Source of the DNA: Auanema rhodensis
Taxonomy: Eukaryota; Animalia; Nematoda
NCBI GenBank assembly: GCA_964057225.1
Contig: OZ059894.1
Location: 13,392,001 to 13,456,000, forward strand
Reading direction: 5' to 3'
DNA: 64,000 nucleotides
Below, piece by piece: positions 54,453 to 64,000 of this stretch. Both the position numbers and the translations under genes were made by a program. The notes under the pieces are model-generated. The model was given only the letters and a program-made list of their open reading frames with translations. It searched no databases and was not told where the DNA came from. Positions within the stretch are counted from its first letter, which is position 1, and each line of letters opens with the position of its first letter.

Positions 54453-55963
54453 CTACATTTTATCATCCACTTTACATCGTTTAGCTTCTGGCAGAGTATC
54501 AGAGACCTTAAATCGAGAGTATTATGAAAAAACAAAATATCTATGCAATTATATAATGGTAGATATAACTAACCACTTACAGAGCTATTAGCAATTTCAA
54601 GCGACTTTCTCGCCATTTCTATAACACCCTCACGTGTATGATTTCCTCCAATGAATCCTGCAACAAAAATTATATATACATATATACATATGCATTGTTG
54701 TTCTCACCTGAAGTATGAACAAATACACAACCAGGAATATCGCTGACCTTTGAGAGATCATTATCTCGAAGGGATCGCCATGATTGTGGAAGTGGAAGTC
54801 TGATATACATTACGTACAAGTGTCACAAGAAAAAATAAAAACCTATTTTCAAAACTGGAAAGATTGTTAACAGGTATGGCTTGAATCCTCCACTGATTAG
54901 CCGTTGTATCTGCAAACGTCGTATATCATTAATTAACTTAAGGGACAAAACCTTGGAAGAGCATATAAGTCATGTTCTGATTTAATAATCCCTTCTCTTC
55001 CTCAATCGTAAAGAAATGCTCTTTCCATGGAACACCTCCATTTTCAAGAAGAACTACACGACCACTGCTATCAACCTAAAAATTAAGTATACAAAAATAT
55101 CCTTAGGTTTTTAAAACCTCAAAACGGTTGTTTATAGCATTTTCTACCAGTTCTCGTGCGGGCCACCAAACATTGTGAAGATATGTAATAGTTTCTAATA
55201 ACTCAGCTAGAAACATTCCGTAAAACCTATTGAAACTATTTGAAAACAAACATCCTACGCAATTCATGGCTTTTTGAAAACGGTCATCTATATCAACGTT
55301 TTCTTCATTCCAATGAGGGTTGAATCTTCCAACTCTGCCTGATATGCCACCAGATGAATGATACCTGTAGAAAATAATAACAAAATACAATAAAAATGAT
55401 CAACCTTGGAGTTCCTTCGTATTGCGATATACCATTGTCTATGGCATCAATTTGCTCCATAAAACTCTCGTAAACACGGTTATAATAAATGTTTAACTTC
55501 GGATCATTTTCTTCCAAGTGAAGGTGCTAACAATTTAAATTGAAATTGAAGTAAATGTACAAATACATACTTCTTGAATAAGTCTTTTACCATAATGAGC
55601 ATATATCAAGCCAGCAGAACTAAGCTTGGTATTGAATGGAAGTATGTTTAAGGTTTGCAATGTATGCGTAAATTCCCTTAAAAAATATATAAATCCACAT
55701 ATTGTATAAAAGGAAAACTTTTGGTGGTGGTCATAACGCTTGGTGGTATGATCATAAGTTCCTCCAACATCCACAACTATGTCGCATGTTTTTAGCAGTG
55801 CAGGATCTCTAGTTCTATACGAGCATAATTAACATTATATAATCTCTTGTCTAAAATACCTGACTATATCGTAATCCTTGTATTCATTAATATGTTTTAG
55901 CATAAAACAAGCAAGAGCTTCATCGCAATGAAATTTTCCATTATGAGTTCCAATTTTACCCAT
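54453..55963 (-). CDS. MYG1: MYG1 (UPF0160) exonuclease
   Basis: [26 protein letters not shown]...[37 protein letters not shown]. Confidence 0.95.
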
Positions 55964-56410
55964 ATTTGAAATAATCGCTCTAAAATAGGAAGACAGAATA
56001 CTGAATCTATAACAATCAAAATTAAATTCGGCACTATACTAGTAAATAAAATTTAGTCCATTTTTAAATAAGAAACGCGCTCCTTTGCAAATTTTATTTC
56101 TTGCTTCTGCGTATCTCAAATTTTTCAGTAAAATATGAGTCTCTACATGTTTTGGTTTCAATGGAGCAATTGGTTATCGTTTCTTTTTCTTCTTTAAATT
56201 TATATTATAATATATTGCAGATTCGATGATCCTGTATTTCCTAATTCTTACTTTTTCCCTTTAACCGTAAAATTTTATTGCTTTCACAAATATTTTTCAT
56301 TTTAAAATTTAGATTTCTACAATTTGGATTTCTCCAATCTTTTACTTTTACAATATTTTTACTATTAAGATTTCGCTTCGTGGTGTTTGCAAAATTTGTT
56401 TTTTTTAAGC

Positions 56411-56666
56411 ATGTGGTTTGAACAGTTCTACTCTGGTATAATAACCACAGCCTTTGTTGCCGGCGCTTGCTATATGAGCTATCCTTTCAACAAATGGGAT
56501 GTTGGCCGAGCTTTCCGCAGAAACTATTGCACAAATGAAAGGTTATTATATTATCAAGTTTACTTGTTATATTAATCTTTACAGAGTTTATCTTTCTCAA
56601 CGTGATCATCGTTTGACCGGAAATCAATATCGTATTTCTGACTTGTCCTCCATCTCTGACAATTAG
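56411..56666 (+). CDS. NDUFA1: Complex I subunit NDUFA1 (MWFE), 2 exons
   Basis: MWFEQFYSGIITTAFVAGACY...|VYLSQRDHRLTGNQYRISDLSSI; MWFE start and RD.RL.G..Y motif. Confidence 0.88.
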
Positions 56667-56889
56667 ATTATTTTCTTGTAGATAAATAGTATTTAGCTAT
56701 AAAGTTAATTACCGATTTGTTGTTTTATATTCGTACATACATATATAAGATTTTCTGAATATTAACACATTTTCTGATCATGAGCAACCAGCTCAGAGTG
56801 CAAATTATCAAATGACTTCCATCTCAATGTGGTAGTAATACTGACTGATTTTAAATGTCAGCTGTTACTCTTATGAAACACTTTCTCAT

Positions 56890-58507
56890 ATGCTGCTCCT
56901 GTGGTTAGGTCTTCTTTTATTTTTTACAGGTATTGACTTGATATTTCGATAAATACAGCTTAACTTGTTCAGAGCAAGTTGCGGCTTGTCACTGTGAATT
57001 CGGATGGCTGTATAATGTTAGAACTAATTTCTGTTATCACACAGCCAATCATCCACTACGATGGCATGAAGCCGAAAATTTTTGTCAATCAAAAAATAGT
57101 CACTTAGTTTCCATAAACTCAAATCAAGAAAGAATGTTTGTAGAAGGTACTGTATAATTGAATAGTTTTCTATTTTGACTTACCATAGATATGATTGACC
57201 ATGAGTTTTTTTCCTGGGTTGGATTATCGCGAAGTCAAGATAATTCGGACTTCACATGGTCGGACGGGAGCAGCGTAAATTATACGTTGTTTGAAAAAAG
57301 TTTGATTGTGTACTCAATATGCTTATTTGTCTGCTTTTAGCACAATTTGAAGTAGGTGACTGTGTAGCATGGGCGATCTTTGAGAATCAAAATGGATGGA
57401 AAGTTATATCCTGCAACTATTCTCAATTCTTCGTTTGTAAAAAAAGAGCACCTTGGTACCTTTATATTCAGTGATTTCAATTTTTTTTCCATTATAGTCA
57501 AACTCCCGTGATATTGAATTCATCGAAAGATGATTTTAGAAGTGATGGGTATCCCTTCGGGTATCCTAATGACGACTATAAAATCTTATTAATTGAAGTT
57601 GCATATATCCAAAATAGTTATTTAACATGATATATGCAGGTAGAGCCACTTGCTAGCATTGCAATTAGAGTTGAAGATTTCGATACGGAAGAAGACGATG
57701 TGTTAACTATGTATGATGGAACAACCGCTCATGCACCTGTACTGGCTAAGTTAGTTCAAGTTGTATTATCAACATAACTTTGTTCAAATATTTTTTGAAA
57801 TTTAATAATTGATGCTGGTTTTGCGCATCTTGCTTGATAAAGAAAACTGACTGCTTCTTCAACCTGTTCTTTTAGACTTCGAGGATCTTTCCACAATATC
57901 ACTTTTCTTTCATCGACCAACACTATTTTGTTAATATTCAAGACGGATAATGCTATCCATGGCAGAGGCTTCCACATTTCTTATGAAGTATAGTACGTAT
58001 TATACTTAGCGAACAAAGAAATAATTCACACTTTTTAGCAAAAAGAATGATATAATCTATAAAAATGAAACAAGTGGTGTTCTTCTCAGTCCGGGATATC
58101 CGAATTATTTTCCTATGTTTGTCTTGCAAGAATACATGATCACATGCTATCCGGAATATCATGTACACTTCAAATTAACTAGTACTCAATTATGTAATTT
58201 CTCTTCTTAATTTTTATCGTTCAGATTTGAGTATTTCCTCCAATGACTATCTAAGATTCTTTGATGGCCCTAATGAGAACTACAGCATCTTTCAAGAGTA
58301 CGTCAGAAGTTGGAAACTATTATTTATGAAAACATATTTAGATTTAGCAAGCATGCTTTCAAAAAATACACATACTTTTTCCGAAGTTCCTCGAAAATTG
58401 TGTTTGTTAAATTTAACTCCAGCGAAAACTCAACAAGAAGTACAGGGTGGGAGCTTCACTATGACTGTGTACGAATAGATGGGATGGGAAGCGAAATTAT
58501 AATTTGA
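56890..58507 (+). CDS. Secreted C-type lectin + two CUB domains
   Basis: Signal peptide MLLLWLGLLLFF; WHEAENFC...LVSINS, WVGL, FTWSDGS, FVCKK; SDGYPFGYPND...FDTE..D.L..YDG; SPGYPNYF. Confidence 0.88.
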
Positions 58508-58640
58508 ATTTACTTCAATATTAATAAACGCTTTTCAAAAAAAGATTTATAGCCATGCAACAGATCACAAATCACATCAGTAACGCCCAAGTAACTGACT
58601 GAACATAAATAGCAAACATTAATATTATCAAAAACGATAT

Positions 58641-60293
58641 TCAGTTAGAATCAGCTGATTCTTTCTTTGAAGTATCTTCCTCACTCAGGTTAGCAAAAAG
58701 CTTCTTGAATCTCTTTTTATCGGCTTCGTTGTTCTGCTTAATCTTTTGTTCACAAACCAAAATTTGCTGTTGAGCGGCCTACAGTTTCTAATAGTTATGA
58801 ATGTATTAATAGAAAGAGTACTTTGTTTGAAGAATCCAGCACAGTAACTTGTTGAAAGATTTCCTTAGCATCTTCAATATCATTCATTGCAAACAAAGCA
58901 CCTGCTTTACGGAACAAGGCTTTGACATTATCAGGAGAACTTTCAAGAACCTATAATCCAATCAATTTGGTACACAGTCTCCTGAAAACTGACCTTATCA
59001 CAATACTTGATACATTTAGCATGGTCGTTGCTCTTGGTAGCAACGAGGCTGATGTTCAAGTATGCGGCATTTAGCAAAATATCTCTTTCCTATAACAAAA
59101 TGTTTTTTTCATCTTGCATTTCCCACAATATTATACTTTTTTGGCATCACCATCCATAGACTTTTCGAACTGCAGTAAATCCTCTACTCTCATATATTTA
59201 AGCAAAGCAATTTTCAGGTTTCCTTCTTGAAGAAATTTAGTTCCACGTTCCTTTGCCTGTTTAGCAGCCTCAATTTTTTGAGCACTTGTCATTTCCCAGG
59301 TGGCTGGAACCTGGTAAAACGGGAATAGCTAAAATTTCAATAAAACAAATTACCTTCTCGAAGTCTTTTAGGAAAATTGTGAACTGGACAGAAGCGTTAG
59401 GAGGTAGATTGTATTCAGCAGGAGCATCACGACCATATGTATATTTTCTACCTTTAAGCTCGATGAGAGACTTTTCGCCACGACAGAAACGTTTCAGAGC
59501 TTTATCTACTCCATCGGGGAGTCCAACCTATTAAAAAATGAAATATTTAACTACATTATTTAAAAATACCAATGATCCTTCGCCTAAAGAATATGTTAGA
59601 TCCTTATCATAAAATACCCTATCCTCAAATGTACCAACAGCATGAACTAAAACAAAAAGAAAAGTCCGACATTAAAATATTTATACATACTATGAACGTT
59701 GCTAGTATCATTGGGAACTGCCAACTTTTCACCCTCAACAATGATAGTTCTAAGAATTGTTCCATCATGATCAGGGGACATATCTTCGCCTTGCCATGAT
59801 AAAAGTTCAATCTAATTTTGAAAATGATATAAAAAATTGCACCCATTAAGATACCTCGAAAATTAAGGTGGCCCCTCCCGGAATCTTAGGCAAATGCCCG
59901 GAAACACCGTAACCGTAGTCATGTCTAATTTTGAACTCAGAAACTTCTCCAAGGGTCATTGTACCGACACCAATGCTCCATCCTTCAATTACCTAAAAGT
60001 TTTATGTTTCAAAAAAGACATTAATGATTATTCAACATCCTGCCCAATAGTGAATGAGAATTCTTCTCCTCTGTCTCGGCTAGAATCAAATTTGTCTCCA
60101 TTTTCCAAGGTTCCAACATAATGAACCTAAATTTGCACATTATATTGAAGAAAAATATTTAAAAGTAGTGAACAAAGTTTACCTTAACGCTATTGCCTTT
60201 TCCAGGCTTCAGGGAGCCTTTTCCTGCTTTCTTAATGAGCTTGAGAACTCCACCATCTTGTTTTGGGGTGACATCAAGATATTCGGAAGACAT
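58641..60293 (-). CDS. fkb-6: FKBP4/5-type Hsp90 co-chaperone (FKBP-FKBP-TPR)
   Basis: [45 protein letters not shown] with NVKALFRKA. Confidence 0.95.
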
Positions 60294-60704
60294 TTTAAGA
60301 TTAACACTAAAACAATGAGATGAACAAGAGCGATTAAATGTATGGAATATGGTGGTGTAAAAATGTATTGAATAAAATTAATAACGTAAATTCTAGAAAA
60401 TTCTCTCTCTATCTTTGAATATACAGTACTCCTGCCGTACTACTGAAAATGTTAGCATATTAACGCGAGTTCACGTACAATATTAACTCAGATTGAACTT
60501 ATTCGGTGAGTAATTTATTCTGTTATTTTTGTAAATTGCAACTAGAAACAAATTTTTTTGATTATGATTAATCTCTGTTGTTAGGAATCTTAGTGATATT
60601 TTATTTTTTTTATATTATAATGATTTATATAAATATATTTATAAAAAAAAACTAAGTTCTTTATTTCTCTATACTCTGTTGAATGACGTTTTCATAGTTT
60701 AGAT

Positions 60705-61530
60705 ATGTCTGAGAACAATCCAGAATATCATGGCTACAATGGGTCTGGAGCTTCTCATTCACACCAACATATCCAACAACCAGGCGTTTCTATCCAGCAT
60801 GTAATGCCTAATCCTAACAGTCAGAACCAAATGGTATATCAAATGTTCCAAATAAATTACTAGTCATTTTTAGCCACAATTACACCACCCTGGTTTACCC
60901 AGCGAACCATCAGTTCGTCAAGTTCGGTAAGTAAATTTCTTTTTTTCGTTTCCTGTGTGTAAGAACAATTAAATGTTGTTCTTATTTACTTTTCATAAAC
61001 ATATGCCTTGCAGATCACAAATTTCAAAGCCGTTAACTCCTGCACAACAACATCTCATTCAGACCTCTGTGCAGGTTGAAAGTGCTTAAATTTATTTTGT
61101 TACGATCATGTTTAGGCCCCTCCTGGTACCAATCTACGTGATTTTATCAACAATCTGGAAGATTATGCTCCTACCATACCTGATGCTGTTACCATGCACT
61201 ATATGAATTCTGCAGGCATTGATTGCGCGGATCCCCGTGTTGTCAGGTTTTTTTTATAAATATAATGTCATAATGTATACATTTTCTTTAGATTAATCTC
61301 CTTAGCTACCCAGAAGTACGTATCAGATATAGTTTTAGATTCAATGCAGCAGGTAACAACAATTTAATTGTTTATTAATTCTATTTTCTGAATTATAGGC
61401 ACGAATGAAAGGTCTGGGTCAAACAAAAAAAGGAACAAAAGATACGAAGTATACTTTAACTAGCGAAGTACTCGAACCAGTTTTAAAGGAGTATGGAATT
61501 GATGTTGTTAAACCACCATATCATCATTAA
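60705..61530 (+). CDS. taf-10: TFIID/SAGA subunit TAF10
   Basis: [42 protein letters not shown]...YTLT...[13 protein letters not shown]. Confidence 0.95.
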
Positions 61531-61791
61531 ATCTCAAAGAATAATAGTTTAATTTCATATACCTCATCTTGTTTTCTTGTTCCTTATTTTTATTCCGTTG
61601 TTTCATAATTATTCGAAATTCGTTATTCAAAATGTTTTTCAAGTTCTTTAAATGCAGACACATACATTTAATTGTTTTTCTGATGTAAATAAACATAATT
61701 TACCATGAGTTAAGGTTTTTAATCTTTTTAGGTATCGTTTATCCAAATTTTACTTCCATCTGTTTCTTATTTCAGAGTTAATAATTTCAAT

Positions 61792-63337
61792 ATGCAGATG
61801 CTTCAAAAAACCATGCATTACCGATTAATGTCCCATCTTGCTGCGAAATATACAGGAAGAGGGGATGTTCACGTAGTGGACCCCGCAGTCGATTTGAGGT
61901 AGAACTTTTGGTATGTTGTCCCGGCAATCTCAATGTTATAGATATATTTTCGAGAATTTTGATTCTATGAAGCTTAGTTTAGAAGAGCGTAGATCTCAAG
62001 TGAATTTGAATGAAATACGGGCAGATTATGAGAAATGGTGGGAAAAATACAAGCTGTGGAAAGACAATAATGTTAGTTAACATATCGAAACTTTATTATC
62101 AAATTTGTTATGAAAACTAAAATATGTTCTCGCAGGGGAACGTCCAGGAAGCTAAAAAACTTATGCGAGCTGAACAAAATGGATTACTATCTGCTCTATC
62201 ATTGCCCAACTTTGTTAAAAAAGTAGGAAAAGAAGAAAAACATATGCTGAAACAATCTAGTTAGCATTTTCTTATTAAAAATTAATATTATCGAGGTTCT
62301 AGCTCACAGTGATTACTTAAAAAGTAAAGGATTGATGAGAATTGAAAAGGATGCTGACGTTGTACATCTTGTTGGTTACCCAGTTCTTGTACAAAATAAT
62401 CTAAAGTAATTTGTTTCTTCATCTATTCACATGTTAATATTTAGAGCACAACTAATGGATATATTTTCTGATGCTACTGTTATCACTCCGTCTTGTTTTG
62501 TTAGAGCAGCATTGTTAGATGCCGTAAATGTAACACCTGAAAAGTACTTACCATTTACAGACGGCTCTGAAAGCTTTCCTGAGACCTATTTAGGTGCGCT
62601 ATATTTTGAAAATTGTAAAAAAATGCTTTTTTTAGTTGGACATTCTTTATTTTCCTTACTTTCTCCATTCGTGAGATCACAATTTTCTGAAAAAAACAAA
62701 TGGCCATTAGCGTTACAAAGCACTGGAATGGCATATTATGCTAAGGTTATTCACTAATTTCATTTTCTGCATCCAAATATTTTCCAGAGAAGTATAACTA
62801 ATCTGTCCAATTCTCGACAACGCTTAAAGCATTGTATGCTGTTGATGGCTCATAATGAGGATGAAGTAAATGCATTCATAGAGAATGCTACAATAAAATT
62901 AGGCAATAACTGTAACAAGTATAGAAATATATATTTTATTCTCAGCTGGACTGCTCGAAGAAGGTTTGTTCTTGGATTTAAAAACGAGATTTGTGAAGGG
63001 AAAGGAGCTGTTCAACTGTGAATCGCAAGCGACTACATTTGAAGACAAAGGATTGGAACTGTCTAGAGTTCGAAATACTTTTTAATAGTAATTAAAAGTT
63101 TATATTCTAGATATCTCGCCTCGACGACTACATTTCGAGACGATTGAACATTGTACATGATTCAGGCGCCTTTGTAAACATGGTATATGTAGAGACAGAT
63201 ATAGACAGAGTATATTATACATTATAATTATAATTACGATACTAATCTATTTATAGATATTGGCGCGAGTAATTGACAACCTAGTAGAAGGAAAACCTAC
63301 GCCTAGAAGCATTAAGAATTTAGTTTCGATAGATTGA
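61792..63337 (+). CDS. Mitochondrial seryl-tRNA-synthetase-like paralogue with degenerate catalytic motifs (SLIMP-like)
   Basis: Presequence-like N-terminus; LSLPN, FVRAALLDAV, YLVGHS, WPLALQSTGMAYY, DYISRRLNI, RILARVIDN map onto the SerRS fold. Confidence 0.65.
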
Positions 63338-63574
63338 TAGTACATTAGTAAAATATAATAAATCTTTAATATCTTTTTATGACTTCTAAGCATAATCAAT
63401 TTATTCATAATGCAATTGTTCTTGACACCGTAATCCAATATCACATGGGAGCTATGTACAGAATATGTTTCATTAAATAAGTACTTCTTGGTTGTTCGAA
63501 ACATTAAAGTCATTCTCATTTTTTATTTCAGATTCAACTTCCTAAAAATATTTTTTGTACATTCTAATGATAAA

Positions 63575-64000
63575 TTATGATACATCGGAACCTTCTGGAG
63601 ATACTCCACTCAGGTCCAGCCGTTCAATCCCAAACGCTAATCTATCCCTTTCGGGCTGATTACTATCTTCACAATAAAACTGAAAAAACAACTTAAGATT
63701 TTGTTTTCGATTGTAGCAAAACCATTGAATTTACAGGTTCTGTCATATATGTCATCCTATCAATATCGAGCCAACTAAATCCGTCTTGCTTTCCACTTAA
63801 CCGTTCATTCCAACCTGAGGTATCAACTCCTACAGCTAACTTCATCATTCTTTCTCGCGCGGCTTCATGTATGGAAGAATCCCACGGTGTTAATCTTAAC
63901 ATTTAAAATAGAGAAATACTATTGGAAAAAAATACTTAATAGCATTAGCGTCATCCTTGTAAGGAGGATCATCAAATATTTCTTCTCTACTTGTATTCAC
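63575..64000 (-). CDS. 3' exons of an unidentified gene running off the window
   Basis: IFDDPPYKDDANAIK|LTPWDSSIHEAARERMMKLAVG...|DSNQPERDRLAFGIERLDLSGVSPEGSDVS*; last junction not fixed. Confidence 0.6.

Overview
AT-rich, gene-dense eukaryotic DNA with many very short (about 40-50 nt) introns and TTTCAG-like trans-splice acceptors before start codons. This is a nematode, probably a rhabditid (clade V), though the species cannot be named from the sequence. The ORF track is fragmentary, so I assembled spliced models by hand. In order: 3' end of UDP-galactopyranose mutase (glf-1), an MFS sugar transporter, an orphan 5-exon gene with a DEEIDVV motif, a divergent NK-class homeobox gene, emb-4/Aquarius, wars-1, a tiny ASABF-type defensin missed by the ORF track, a 9.7-kb gene with about 21 TIL domains built partly from near-identical intron-containing repeats, a SOCS4/5-type gene, an ER FKBP, a calmodulin-like gene, pap-1, an ARHGAP11/RGA-3/4-like RhoGAP, cfap-36 (with an X-box), TFIIB, an RMDN gene, MYG1, NDUFA1, a CTLD-CUB-CUB lectin, fkb-6, taf-10, a SLIMP-like degenerate SerRS paralogue and the 3' end of an unknown gene. 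Best leads: the RMDN isoform switch (TM + coiled coil + FFAT-like tether versus soluble form), the SLIMP-like gene, the TIL array with blocks of different reactive loops beside a defensin, relaxed splice signals (GC donors, AAG/GAG acceptors, one TG acceptor), and a candidate structured ncRNA upstream of pap-1. Exon boundaries are manual and unverified.
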